A stretch of 64,000 nt of DNA. Source: Gammaproteobacteria bacterium. Lineage in GTDB: Bacteria; Pseudomonadota; Gammaproteobacteria; SZUA-229. How positions within the stretch are numbered: position 1 is the first letter of the stretch; the number at the start of each line of letters is the position of its first letter. A program made the translations under genes and the position numbers. Where the stretch lies: assembly GCA_041589175.1 (NCBI GenBank), contig JBFHWF010000002.1, positions 9,843-73,842 on the forward strand. The letters run 5' to 3'. The notes below the pieces were generated by a model. It was not told the origin of the DNA and searched no databases. It was given only the letters and a program-made list of their open reading frames with translations. This document shows positions 10,737-20,442 of the stretch, piece after piece.

Positions 10737-12173
10737 ATGACGAGACCTATGGTGTTTGTAAATCGAATTTTCACTCTGCTAACCATTACGCTACTACTGG
10801 CGACCACAGCCCAGGCGGCGAGCCTGCCCGAGTTTACCCGGCTGGTTGAAGACAATGGTAAGGCCGTCGTAAATATCAGTACACGCACGAAGGTGTCGCC
10901 TTATCATCATCCCTGGGGGCGTTTTAAGGACGAGCTGGAAGACGAACTACAGATTCCGGAAAATTCACCCTTTGGTGAACTGTTTCGACACTTCTTTGGC
11001 GAACGAGGCTTCCCCAGTCAGCCGGAAGATGCAACCTCGCTAGGCTCCGGTTTTATTATTTCGTCCAATGGGTTCATCATTACCAATCATCATGTGGTGG
11101 AAGGTGCTGATGAGATTATCGTGCGCCTGAATGATAAGCGTGAGCTGGTGGCGGATGTCATTGGCAGTGATGAGTATACCGATATCGCGCTTATCAAGGT
11201 TGATGCCACTGACCTGCCAACCGTTGAAATCGGCAGTTCCGCCAGGTTAAAGGTTGGAGAGTGGGTGCTGGCGATAGGCTCTCCTTTTGGTTTTGATCAT
11301 TCTGCAACGGCGGGTATCGTCAGTGCCAAGGGGCGTAGCCTGCCACGGGCCAACTATGTGCCTTTTATTCAGACCGATGTTGCGATCAATCCTGGCAACT
11401 CCGGCGGTCCCCTGTTTAATCTTGATGGCGAAGTTGTAGGCATTAATTCACAGATCTATAGTCGAACCGGTGGGTTTATGGGTCTGTCCTTTGCCATCCC
11501 TGTTGAAGTCGCCATGGATGTCGTGAAACAGCTCAAGGAAAAAGGCGTTGTGAGCCGAGGCTGGCTGGGGGTGTATATTCAGGAGATGACCCATGAGCTG
11601 GCACAGGGTTTCGAGCTGGATAAGCCGGCTGGTGCGCTGGTGTCTCAGGTGATAGAGGACAGCCCGGCTGAGAAAGCCGGAATTCGTGCCGGTGATGTGA
11701 TCCTGGCATTCAACGGTACACCCATTATGAGTTCTTCGGACCTGCCGCCGCTGGTGGGCCGAGTGCCCGTCGGCGATCGAGCTGAGGTTAAGCTGTTACG
11801 AGATAATCGTGCTAAAACGCTGAAAGTGGTCATAGAAGAGCTACCGCGTGATGACCAGCCTGTCGCAGAAAGTCGCTCTAAACCCTCATCCTCAAATCGT
11901 ATGGGGGTCGAAGTGGCAGAGCTGGATGCTGATGCACGCAAGGCGCTGGGCCGTGGTGTACTGATCCGAAAGGTGCAGCCGGGTAGTGTGGCGGCACAGG
12001 CCGGATTACGCGGCGGGGACATTATCCTGCAGCTGGACCGCAAAAACGTAAAAAACCTGGCAGATTTTCGTAAAAAAGTTGCCAATTTGCCCACAGGCCG
12101 TATGATTCCCGTTCTGGTTCATCGCCAGGGGGCAGATCAGTTCATTGTGATGAAAATCGCTGAATCCGAGTGA
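10737..12173 (+). CDS. degP: Periplasmic serine endoprotease, DegP/DegQ/MucD family (trypsin-like domain plus 2 PDZ)
   Basis: Signal peptide, catalytic motifs TNHHVV, DIALIK and GNSGGPL, and two PDZ-like C-terminal domains. Confidence 0.9.
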   Translation: MTRPMVFVNRIFTLLTITLLLATTAQAASLPEFTRLVEDNGKAVVNISTRTKVSPYHHPWGRFKDELEDELQIPENSPFGELFRHFFGERGFPSQPEDATSLGSGFIISSNGFIITNHHVVEGADEIIVRLNDKRELVADVIGSDEYTDIALIKVDATDLPTVEIGSSARLKVGEWVLAIGSPFGFDHSATAGIVSAKGRSLPRANYVPFIQTDVAINPGNSGGPLFNLDGEVVGINSQIYSRTGGFMGLSFAIPVEVAMDVVKQLKEKGVVSRGWLGVYIQEMTHELAQGFELDKPAGALVSQVIEDSPAEKAGIRAGDVILAFNGTPIMSSSDLPPLVGRVPVGDRAEVKLLRDNRAKTLKVVIEELPRDDQPVAESRSKPSSSNRMGVEVAELDADARKALGRGVLIRKVQPGSVAAQAGLRGGDIILQLDRKNVKNLADFRKKVANLPTGRMIPVLVHRQGADQFIVMKIAESE

Positions 12174-12421
12174 TCGAATTTACGGTATACGCCCGTCATG
12201 GGTGTCACCTCTGTGAAGACCTGCTATTGCAGCTACATGAGCTGCAGCAGGCGCATGGTTTTCTGATCCGCGATATTGATATCGATGCGGACCCCCAACT
12301 GGTTGAGCGCTACGGCACACGTGTGCCCGTGGTAACCTGCGGTGAACGTGAAATATGTCATTACTTTCTTGATCAGGCCGCAGTGATGCAGGTGCTGTCA
12401 AACCAGGCTAACACTGAATAA
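12170..12421 (+). CDS. Small glutaredoxin/thioredoxin-fold protein (CxxC)
   Basis: 83 aa with a CHLCE motif near the N-terminus. The GTGA overlap with the degP stop suggests translational coupling. Confidence 0.55.
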   Translation: MIEFTVYARHGCHLCEDLLLQLHELQQAHGFLIRDIDIDADPQLVERYGTRVPVVTCGEREICHYFLDQAAVMQVLSNQANTE

Positions 12422-12422
12422 C

Positions 12423-14216
12423 ATGCAGCAGAACATTCGTAATTTTTCCATTATCGCCCATATCGACCACGGTAAATCAACCCTGGCCGACCGCTTTATC
12501 CAGGTCTGTGGGGGGCTGTCAGAGCGAGAAATGGAGGCTCAGGTGCTCGATTCGATGGATCTTGAGCGTGAACGTGGTATCACCATCAAGGCACAGAGCG
12601 TGTCACTGGATTATAAGGCGCATAATGGCGTAACTTACCAGCTAAACTTTATCGACACACCGGGCCATGTCGACTTTTCCTACGAGGTGTCTCGTTCGCT
12701 ACAGGCCTGTGAAGGTGCGCTGCTGGTGGTCGACGCCTCGCAGGGTGTGGAAGCACAGAGTGTGGCGAACTGTTACACGGCTATCGACCTTGGCCTCGAG
12801 GTGATGCCGGTACTCAATAAAATCGACCTGCCTGCAGCTGACCCGGATCGGGTGAGCCAGGAAATCGAGGATATTATAGGCATCGAAGCAACGGATGCCT
12901 GTCAGGTGAGCGCCAAGTCTGGCGTCGGCATTGATGATTTGCTGGAACGCCTGGTGGAAACCATACCGGCGCCACAGGGGAATCCGGATGGGCCCCTGAA
13001 AGCGCTGATTGTTGATTCCTGGTTTGATTCCTACGTGGGTGTTGTCACCCTGGTACGTGTTATTGATGGCAGTGTACGCAAGGGCAATAAGATCAAGATT
13101 ATGTCCACGGGCCGCAGTTATGGTGTGGACTTCGTTGGTGTGTTTACTCCAAAACGGGAAGATCTGCCCGTACTGGAAGCCGGCCAGGTGGGTTATATTA
13201 TCGCCGGAATCAAGGAAATTGACTCGGCCAAGGTGGGGGATACGATCACCCTGGCGGATAACCCTGCCGAAGCGCCACTGCCCGGTTTCAAGGAAGTCCA
13301 GCCACGGGTATTTGCCGGTATGTTCCCGGTGGAAGCAGACGACTACGATGACTTCCGTGAAGCGCTGGATAAACTGACCCTGAACGATGCAGCCTTACAA
13401 TACGAGCCAGAAACCTCATCAGCACTGGGCTTTGGGTTCCGGATTGGTTTTCTGGGTATGCTGCATATGGAAATCGTGCAGGAGCGTCTGGAGCGTGAAT
13501 ATGACCTTAACCTGATTACCACAGCACCGACGGTGGTTTATGAGGTAGTGAAGACCGATGGTGAGGTGATTCAGATCCATAACCCATCGGATTTACCGGA
13601 AGTGAACTATATCGAGGAAATTCGTGAACCGATCATTCGCGCTAATATCCTTGTGCCTCAGGAATACGTCGGTAATGTCATTAGCCTGTGCGTCGAAAAG
13701 CGCGGTGTGCAAACGAATATGCAGTACATGGGCACACAGGTGTCATTGAGCTATGATATGCCCATGTCTGAAGTCGTGCTGGATTTCTTTGATCGTCTGA
13801 AGTCGGTGAGCCGTGGCTACGCTTCGTTTGATTACGAGTTCAAGCACTTCCAGACTGCCAAACTGGTTAAGGTCGATATACTGATCAATAGTGAGAAGGT
13901 AGATGCTCTGGCGGTGATCACCCATGATGATGCGGCACAGCGTCGTGGTCGTGAGGTTGCTGAGAAAATGCGTGAGCTGATTCCGCGGCAGATGTTTGAT
14001 ATTGCCATTCAGGCCGCAATTGGTCGACATATTATTGCACGTACCACGGTTAAAGCCTTACGTAAAAATGTAACCGCCAAGTGCTATGGCGGTGATGTGA
14101 GTCGAAAGAAAAAACTGCTGGAAAAACAGAAGGCGGGCAAGAAACGCATGAAGCAGTTTGGCAAAGTTGAAATTCCGCAGGATGCATTCCTATCCGTGTT
14201 AAAAGTGGATAATTGA
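12423..14216 (+). CDS. lepA: Elongation factor 4
   Basis: [28 protein letters not shown] and NKIDL motifs, plus the LepA-specific C-terminal domain. Confidence 0.97.
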   Translation: MQQNIRNFSIIAHIDHGKSTLADRFIQVCGGLSEREMEAQVLDSMDLERERGITIKAQSVSLDYKAHNGVTYQLNFIDTPGHVDFSYEVSRSLQACEGALLVVDASQGVEAQSVANCYTAIDLGLEVMPVLNKIDLPAADPDRVSQEIEDIIGIEATDACQVSAKSGVGIDDLLERLVETIPAPQGNPDGPLKALIVDSWFDSYVGVVTLVRVIDGSVRKGNKIKIMSTGRSYGVDFVGVFTPKREDLPVLEAGQVGYIIAGIKEIDSAKVGDTITLADNPAEAPLPGFKEVQPRVFAGMFPVEADDYDDFREALDKLTLNDAALQYEPETSSALGFGFRIGFLGMLHMEIVQERLEREYDLNLITTAPTVVYEVVKTDGEVIQIHNPSDLPEVNYIEEIREPIIRANILVPQEYVGNVISLCVEKRGVQTNMQYMGTQVSLSYDMPMSEVVLDFFDRLKSVSRGYASFDYEFKHFQTAKLVKVDILINSEKVDALAVITHDDAAQRRGREVAEKMRELIPRQMFDIAIQAAIGRHIIARTTVKALRKNVTAKCYGGDVSRKKKLLEKQKAGKKRMKQFGKVEIPQDAFLSVLKVDN

Positions 14217-14252
14217 TAATAATTAGATGAATCGGAAACTAACCTGTCGCTT

Positions 14253-15074
14253 ATGAATATTACCTATGATTTTGCATTTTTCCTGTTTGCAGGCACGCTG
14301 CTAACGGGGTTTATCTGGCTGTTTGACAGCCTTGTGCTGGCACCTCGTCGGAAGATCAGTAACCCCCATGAATATAGTAGTGAGTCGGTTCATGGTGTGT
14401 CTGGCGGTTCAACATCCGCCTCAAACAAGGAACCGATCATTGTTGAGTACTCAAAGTCTTTTTTTCCGGTGCTGTTGATTGTTTTCCTGTTACGCGGTTT
14501 TCTGGTAGAACCCTTCAGAATACCATCGGGTTCGATGATCCCCAGTTTATATGTGGGTGACTTCATACTGGTTAACAAGTTTGCCTACGGCGTGAAAATG
14601 CCGGTGTTTAATCATGTGCTTTTCGAAGTGGATAAACCGCAGCGCGGCGATGTGGCGGTTTTTAAATATCCGAGGGATCCGTCGATTGATTACATCAAAC
14701 GAGTAGTAGGCGTTCCCGGCGATCACATTGCGTATTACAATAAAATCCTCTATGTAAATGGTAAGAAAGTCGATAATAAACGTATTGGCGAATACAGCGG
14801 CCCGGGCGAGACAAACCGTGCAGAAGAGTACAACGAAGATCTGCTCGGTCACTCACATAATATTCTTATAATACCTGAGCGCCCCGGTTTAAATGCGGAG
14901 TACATTGTGCCAGAAGGGCATTACTTTATGATGGGTGATAACCGTGATAACAGTAATGATAGCCGTTACTGGGGTGTCGTCTCAGAGAAATATCTGGTCG
15001 GTAAGGCCTTCATGATATGGATGCACTGGGATAGCGGCATAAGCTTCGAACGTATTGGTCAGTCAATAAACTAA
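14253..15074 (+). CDS. lepB: Signal peptidase I
   Basis: IPSGSMIPSL (catalytic Ser), KRVVGVPGD (Lys box) and GDNRDNSNDSRYWG motifs. Confidence 0.92.
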   Translation: MNITYDFAFFLFAGTLLTGFIWLFDSLVLAPRRKISNPHEYSSESVHGVSGGSTSASNKEPIIVEYSKSFFPVLLIVFLLRGFLVEPFRIPSGSMIPSLYVGDFILVNKFAYGVKMPVFNHVLFEVDKPQRGDVAVFKYPRDPSIDYIKRVVGVPGDHIAYYNKILYVNGKKVDNKRIGEYSGPGETNRAEEYNEDLLGHSHNILIIPERPGLNAEYIVPEGHYFMMGDNRDNSNDSRYWGVVSEKYLVGKAFMIWMHWDSGISFERIGQSIN

Positions 15075-15085
15075 GGTGTGAATGG

Positions 15086-15460
15086 ATGATGAGAAAGCAG
15101 TCTGGTTTAACAATGATATCCTGGATGCTGGTACTGGGTTTACTGGCGGTTCAGGTAGTAATGGGGCTTCGTATTGTACCGGTTTATCTGAACCATAGTG
15201 CAGTGGTAACAGTGATGGACGATTTGCCGAAGAGTTCTGAAATAAAAGGCCAGACGGCCCGCAAGATTATGGATCTCTTTAGAAAACGCCTGAAAATAAA
15301 TAACCTCTATGACCTTGCTAAAGACAAGAATGCATTTAAATTAAAGCAAATTCAGGGCGGTTTTCTGCTGATTGCAGATTACGAAGTGAGGGGGCCTATC
15401 TGGGGTAACCTGGAATTTGTCGCAAGTTTTAAACATCAGGTGGAAGTTCTCACCAAGTAG
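15086..15460 (+). CDS. Small membrane-anchored protein conserved between lepB and rnc (DUF4845-like)
   Basis: N-terminal TM segment and a conserved position in the lepB-rnc interval of other gammaproteobacteria. Family assignment is from memory. Confidence 0.55.
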   Translation: MMRKQSGLTMISWMLVLGLLAVQVVMGLRIVPVYLNHSAVVTVMDDLPKSSEIKGQTARKIMDLFRKRLKINNLYDLAKDKNAFKLKQIQGGFLLIADYEVRGPIWGNLEFVASFKHQVEVLTK

Positions 15461-15476
15461 TATGCTGCAATAACCT

Positions 15477-16175
15477 ATGCCTAGATCCCCGGATATCAAG
15501 CAGCTCGAAACAGCTCTGGGTTATCAGTTCAAGCAGTCGGCGCGTCTTAAAGAAGCGCTGACACACAGAAGTGCCAGCGCTAAAAATAATGAGCGACAGG
15601 AGTTTCTGGGTGACAGCATCCTCAACTTTGTTATCGCAGAGGCGCTGTTTAAACAGTATCCCAAATCCTCAGAAGGCGACCTTAGTCGACTACGCGCCAG
15701 TCTGGTTAATAAAGATGGTTTGTTTCAGGTGTCGACCCAGTTAAAACTTGGGGATTTTCTGTATCTCGGTAGTGGTGAACTAAAAAGCGGTGGTTATCGT
15801 CGTAACTCGATTCTGGCTGATGCAGTTGAGGCTATTTTTGGTGCGATTTATCTGGATAGTGATTTTGAAACCTGTAAGTCTATTATCCTCAAGCTCTACC
15901 ATGAGCTGCTAGAAAATGTACCTGATGCCGATGAGCTTAAAGATCCTAAAACACGCTTACAGGAGCTGCTACAGTCGCGTAAACATTCGTTGCCGGGTTA
16001 TGAAGTGATTAATGTTAGTGGTCAGGCGCATAACCAGCAGTTCACCGTTTCCTGTCAGGTCGAAAAACTCAAGCTACAAACTGAAGGCACATCCACCAGT
16101 CGTCGTAAGGCTGAACAGCGTGCAGCTCGTGCCATGATAGAACTGGTAAAGCATGAGTTCGCCAGGAAAGACTAA
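15477..16175 (+). CDS. rnc: Ribonuclease III
   Basis: RNase III signature NERQEFLGDSILN and a C-terminal dsRBD. Confidence 0.95.
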   Translation: MPRSPDIKQLETALGYQFKQSARLKEALTHRSASAKNNERQEFLGDSILNFVIAEALFKQYPKSSEGDLSRLRASLVNKDGLFQVSTQLKLGDFLYLGSGELKSGGYRRNSILADAVEAIFGAIYLDSDFETCKSIILKLYHELLENVPDADELKDPKTRLQELLQSRKHSLPGYEVINVSGQAHNQQFTVSCQVEKLKLQTEGTSTSRRKAEQRAARAMIELVKHEFARKD

Positions 16176-16177
16176 AT

Positions 16178-17080
16178 ATGAAGCAAGCTGAAGATTTCAA
16201 ATGTGGCTATGTGGCGATTATTGGCCGACCCAATGTGGGTAAATCAACCTTGTTGAATCGGATTCTTGGCCTCAAGCTGAGTATCACTTCACGTAAACCA
16301 CAAACAACTCGACATCAGATACTTGGCGTCAAAACGCGCACTGAAGGTCAGATGATCTTCGTGGATACGCCGGGTATCCATAGCGGTGACAATAAGGCTA
16401 TCAACCGCTATATGAACAAGGCTGCCAGTTCTGTGATACACGATGTGGACCTGATTCTTTTCCTGGTTCAGGCATTGAAGTGGACGGATGAAGATGAGCT
16501 GGTGCTGAAAAAACTCGAGCATGCCAGTGTGCCGGTTGTGTTGCTGGTAAACAAGGTCGATAAGGTCAATGATAAAGATCAGCTGTTGCCGTTCCTCGAT
16601 GAGATAAATAAGAAATACGCATTTTCCAATGTCATCCCGGTATCTGCGCGCATGGGAGATAATGTCGATTCCCTGGAAGATTACATCATTCAGCGGTTAC
16701 CTCAAAATCCACCGTTCTTTTCAGATGAGGAGTTTACCGATCGAAGCGTGCGCTTCCTGGTGGCAGAAATCATACGTGAAAAGTTGATACGTGAACTGGG
16801 TAAAGAGCTACCTTACCAGACCACAGTTGAAATAGAGCGTTACAAGGACGAAGAAAAAATCACGCGTATTAATGCCCTGATTCTGGTTGAAACCAAAGGG
16901 CAGAAGAAAATTGTGATTGGTGATAAGGGCGCGCGTCTGAAGAGTATTGGGAGTAAGGCGCGTAAAGATATCGAAAACCTGATTGAGCGTAAGGTGTTTC
17001 TACAGCTGTGGGTGAAAGTGAAGGCGGGGTGGTCTGATAATGAGGCTTCGTTGAGAAGTCTGGGCTACGATAATGACTAG
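16178..17080 (+). CDS. era: GTPase Era
   Basis: GRPNVGKSTLLN, DTPG and NKVD motifs, plus a C-terminal KH domain. Confidence 0.95.
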   Translation: MKQAEDFKCGYVAIIGRPNVGKSTLLNRILGLKLSITSRKPQTTRHQILGVKTRTEGQMIFVDTPGIHSGDNKAINRYMNKAASSVIHDVDLILFLVQALKWTDEDELVLKKLEHASVPVVLLVNKVDKVNDKDQLLPFLDEINKKYAFSNVIPVSARMGDNVDSLEDYIIQRLPQNPPFFSDEEFTDRSVRFLVAEIIREKLIRELGKELPYQTTVEIERYKDEEKITRINALILVETKGQKKIVIGDKGARLKSIGSKARKDIENLIERKVFLQLWVKVKAGWSDNEASLRSLGYDND

Positions 17081-17129
17081 CGAAGTACTTGCATCCATTT
17101 GTGATCTGTAACCGCTACAGATAAGCCTT

Positions 17130-17834
17130 ATGCGTGTACAGGACCAGCCTGCTTATATATTGCACCATCGACCATTTCGGGATTCGAGTCAGATCATTGA
17201 TATTCTCAGTCGTGATCATGGGCGTCTGAGCCTGATGAGTCGTGGCAGCCTGTCGGCACGTTCACGTTTAAAGGCCGTTTTACAGCCTTTTATACCCCTC
17301 TCTGTGAGCTGGTCTGGGCGTGGTGAGATGCCAGCCCTGGTAAGTGCGGAGCCAATTCAGAAGTCTGCCGCAAATCTCAAAGGTAAGGCGCTTCCCAGTG
17401 CCTTTTACATCAACGAGCTGCTGGTTCGTTTGCTGCATCGCCATGATGTACATGATGATGTCTTTCTTCTGTACGAGTCGGTGATCGAGTTGCTACAGCA
17501 GGGACAGCCGGTAGAGCCTGTGCTGCGCCTGTTTGAAAAGCAGCTACTCGACTGTATGGGGTTTGCCCTGAATCTGCAGCATGAAGCGGATACTTCAGAG
17601 AAGATTCGGCATGATGCGGAGTATGCCTATTATCTGGAACATGGGCCTGTCAGTATCGAGCGAGTGCATGACCATGCCTATCTGGCCAGACTTTCCGGAC
17701 AGAGCCTGATTGATCTGCGGGAAAACACACTGGAAACCCCGCGCTCGCTACAGGAAGCCAAGCGATTGATGCGCTCTGTCATTCATTATTATCTCGGTGG
17801 TAAACCACTGAAAAGTCGTGAGCTGTTTCGTTAG
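17130..17834 (+). CDS. recO: DNA repair protein RecO
   Basis: N-terminal AYILHHRPFRDSS OB-fold signature and its position after era. Confidence 0.88.
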   Translation: MRVQDQPAYILHHRPFRDSSQIIDILSRDHGRLSLMSRGSLSARSRLKAVLQPFIPLSVSWSGRGEMPALVSAEPIQKSAANLKGKALPSAFYINELLVRLLHRHDVHDDVFLLYESVIELLQQGQPVEPVLRLFEKQLLDCMGFALNLQHEADTSEKIRHDAEYAYYLEHGPVSIERVHDHAYLARLSGQSLIDLRENTLETPRSLQEAKRLMRSVIHYYLGGKPLKSRELFR

Positions 17835-18241
17835 CGATACGTAGTACAGCCGAGAGAAAACAGCGATACCCTGAGTGTAAGCAGGCCTATACGTGTTTCT
17901 GGAAAACTTTACAGTATCTCGATTTTGTTGACGATATATTTTACAGGTGTCGGATTATTTTCATCTCATTGATTCTATTGATAAAAATGCTCTTTTATTA
18001 ATGGTTTCGTGTGTCTTTATATAGTGATCTTCTAAACTCTTACAACAGGCTTAATGTAATGTAAAATATTGATTTTTATTAATAATTTATTTTTCTGGTC
18101 TGTAATGTGCATTATTTGTGGTTGCAAGTCTATTTTGCAGTTGGATCAAGGCGAGTATATATAACCGAAATCATCTTCGCTTTAGGGAAAACTCGGGCGG
18201 TTTATGGCCCGTATGACGTCACTAAGTATAAACAGGAAAAA

Positions 18242-18781
18242 ATGATGAAATTTAAAAAACACCTGGCGGCAATTGCGCTTTGCCTGTCCAGTATAGCTCC
18301 GGCTTCAGCAACCGTGTTACACGAAACAGACGGTAATGTTAACGTCTGGGTTAATCTTATTGGCAATATCAATAACTTCACACTGGCTATGTTCGATGAC
18401 AGTGTTGTTAATGGTCTGGGAACGCAGCATCTGGAAACGGCTGACAAGCTCAATATTACCTATAACCAGGTCATCAGTTTTTATCCCACTACGGGTGGTT
18501 TTTTGGCTCAGTCGCCTGAAAACGCACAGCCTCTGACGCTGACAGGCAACAGTCATTTCGTGTTTGCGCTACGTGATAACCTGGGTAACTGGGCACTCGA
18601 TAATGGCTATACATCATTAGGTGCAGATGGTGTGGAGCTGTATTTTTCTCATGGTGCAGAAAACTCAGTAGAGAGCAATGTTATTTTAGGCGATGTGCAG
18701 GTTGTGCCTGTGCCGGCAGCTGCCTGGCTGTTTGCGTCGGGTTTTCTGAGCCTGATGGCGCTGCGTCGACGTAAGCACTAA
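18242..18781 (+). CDS. Secreted protein with a VPLPA/PEP-CTERM-like C-terminal sorting signal
   Basis: Signal peptide MMKFKKHLAAIALCLSSIAPASA. The C-terminus is VPVPAAAWLFASGFLSLMALRRRKH (motif, TM helix, basic tail). An AGGA Shine-Dalgarno sequence sits before ATG 18242. Confidence 0.6.
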   Translation: MMKFKKHLAAIALCLSSIAPASATVLHETDGNVNVWVNLIGNINNFTLAMFDDSVVNGLGTQHLETADKLNITYNQVISFYPTTGGFLAQSPENAQPLTLTGNSHFVFALRDNLGNWALDNGYTSLGADGVELYFSHGAENSVESNVILGDVQVVPVPAAAWLFASGFLSLMALRRRKH

Positions 18782-18803
18782 GCTTTACACCTCATCGTAG
18801 GCT

Positions 18804-18842
18804 AAAAAGCCAGCTGCTCCCATCCGGGAGGGCTGGCTTTTT
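18804..18842. terminator. Bidirectional intrinsic terminator between convergent genes
   Basis: A5 tract, GC-rich hairpin gccagc-tg-ctccc/atcc/gggag-g-gctggc, then a T5 tract. Confidence 0.65.
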
Positions 18843-18865
18843 AATTGCTCATGTCTTAATAAGGG

Positions 18866-19309
18866 TCAGGCCTTGATGTCGCCAAGTAGCTGACTGCTAC
18901 GCTGCTGGTTGCCAGACGAGTTGTAGGTAGTGTCTTTCTCAAAGCGTTTACCGCTCAGCATACCAATTAATTCCTGCTGAATCTGCTGCTGACGGATCAT
19001 TAAGCGGCCATTGGTTTCATTTTGCTGCTGACAGCGTGCAATCAGGCCGCGGGTAGTGTTCCACTGTTTGATCAGGCGGCTGTCACCGCAACTGGCGATG
19101 TATCGATTAAAAGACTGCGGCTGGCCATAGTGCTGACGCTGCTGATCCAGTGACTGCAGCTGATCCAGTAATGTCTGCTTGTTCTGGCAGAGCTGGGTCA
19201 GCTGACTGAAGTCCTGCTGGTCGAGGGCGGCTTTTTCATCCTCGAGGCAGCCCAGTAGCTGCTGGCTGTGATTATGAATGGTCTGGAGGAGAGAGAGTAA
19301 TTCGTTCAT
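18866..19309 (-). CDS. flgN: Flagellar chaperone FlgN
   Basis: Q-rich helical 147-aa protein immediately downstream of flgM. Confidence 0.7.
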   Translation of the reverse strand: MNELLSLLQTIHNHSQQLLGCLEDEKAALDQQDFSQLTQLCQNKQTLLDQLQSLDQQRQHYGQPQSFNRYIASCGDSRLIKQWNTTRGLIARCQQQNETNGRLMIRQQQIQQELIGMLSGKRFEKDTTYNSSGNQQRSSQLLGDIKA

Positions 19310-19318
19310 GGTGTTCGT

Positions 19319-19624
19319 TTATTCCAGCAGGGATTTCTCCAGATCGATCATGTTTTCAGCAATTTTAACGGGATCGAGTGGATAATTACCGGCGGCAATT
19401 TCCTGTTTTATGGCTTCAACCCGGGCAGTATCGACTTCGGGGATATTATTGAGCGTGTTCTGTAGCTCCAGAACCTGCTGTGAACCTTCTGACAGGCTGA
19501 CAGTGTCTTCTGCATTTCGGCTAGTGCGAGCGGTTTCCATGCGTTCCTGCGTCTGAGGCTTGCCAGTATTGTTACTGACAGTGCCGCTGTTCGTCCTGTT
19601 GATCGGGTTAATCGGATTTGTCAT
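19319..19624 (-). CDS. flgM: Anti-sigma-28 factor FlgM
   Basis: 101 aa with the C-terminal signature RVEAIKQEIAAGNYPLDPVKIAENMI. Confidence 0.85.
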   Translation of the reverse strand: MTNPINPINRTNSGTVSNNTGKPQTQERMETARTSRNAEDTVSLSEGSQQVLELQNTLNNIPEVDTARVEAIKQEIAAGNYPLDPVKIAENMIDLEKSLLE

Positions 19625-19672
19625 AGCTTGCTCCCGGTGCTGGACACCAGATTACTTTCTCTCTCATGGTCT

Positions 19673-19699
19673 TTATCGGCTGCTTTCACAATAACTTTA
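19673..19699 (-). promoter_or_regulatory. Sigma-28 (FliA) promoter for flgM-flgN
   Basis: The minus strand reads TAAAGTTA-N11-GCCGATAA (consensus TAAAGTTT-N11-GCCGATAA), about 45 nt upstream of the flgM ATG. Confidence 0.65.
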
Positions 19700-19707
19700 G
19701 CATTACT

Positions 19708-20442
19708 TTAGTTAATGCTAACCAGCCCCGAACCCTGCACTATGCCCTCGATAACGCGTTGAGAGGACAGGTTACGCACGCGTATGCGTTCGCCCTTAGC
19801 ACCATCCATTAGTGCTTTTCCATTCATTTTTACCGAAAATCCTGTGTTTTCGGAGACAATCGATACAACTTCGCCCCGTTTTACCAGTCGGGCAGGCTTG
19901 ATGTACTGCGATTTTATCAGTCGTTGCTGAGGTATACGCCTTGTCAGCTCCTTTCCGACTAACAGATTTCTGTCTTTTTCGGTGAAATAGCCGGAGTTCA
20001 GGCGGCTCAGGTCCCGTTCGACGAGTTTCAGGTCGGTATTACGGATAATCCAGCCTCTTTCCATGGGGCGGGCACTGACCAGTACAGATTGATATAGCTG
20101 TATATTGGCATTAATAAAAACGGTCCAGGGTTTACTGCCCTGACAGCGAACGTGTACGGTGGCCTTACTATTTAGCTTGCTGCCGGGGGCAAGCTCGGTT
20201 TGTAGCGGTGTATCACACTGACTGAGTCTCAGCCGGGGATCCAGTCGCCCCATGCTGATCTCGACCTTGCTGTACTGTTGCCTGTCGATTTGAGTGTTAA
20301 GGAAGTCGTGTGCTTCCTGGATGAGGGATTCGTGGGATTGATGACGGGTTTCTGCCGCAACACCGCTACTGAGGAATAACGCTACCATGCCTGTGATAAG
20401 CGGGTAGCGCCAGCGGTGCTGACGTGCAGAAGCCTGGGTCAT
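19708..20442 (-). CDS. flgA: Flagellar P-ring assembly chaperone FlgA
   Basis: Signal peptide and a C-terminal SAF-like domain (RGEVVSIV...GERIRVRN). Confidence 0.85.
   Translation of the reverse strand: MTQASARQHRWRYPLITGMVALFLSSGVAAETRHQSHESLIQEAHDFLNTQIDRQQYSKVEISMGRLDPRLRLSQCDTPLQTELAPGSKLNSKATVHVRCQGSKPWTVFINANIQLYQSVLVSARPMERGWIIRNTDLKLVERDLSRLNSGYFTEKDRNLLVGKELTRRIPQQRLIKSQYIKPARLVKRGEVVSIVSENTGFSVKMNGKALMDGAKGERIRVRNLSSQRVIEGIVQGSGLVSIN

Noticed and set aside
9659-12094. Minus-strand ORFs of 142, 100 and 149 aa that overlap rseB and degP.
   Set aside because: They are antisense to well-supported genes. They have Arg/Ser/Pro/Cys-rich low-complexity translations and no ribosome-binding sites that I could see.
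18107-18241. An upstream extension of the VPLPA-CTERM protein ORF.
   Set aside because: The extension would bury the signal peptide. ATG 18242 has an AGGA Shine-Dalgarno sequence and is followed at once by a canonical signal peptide.
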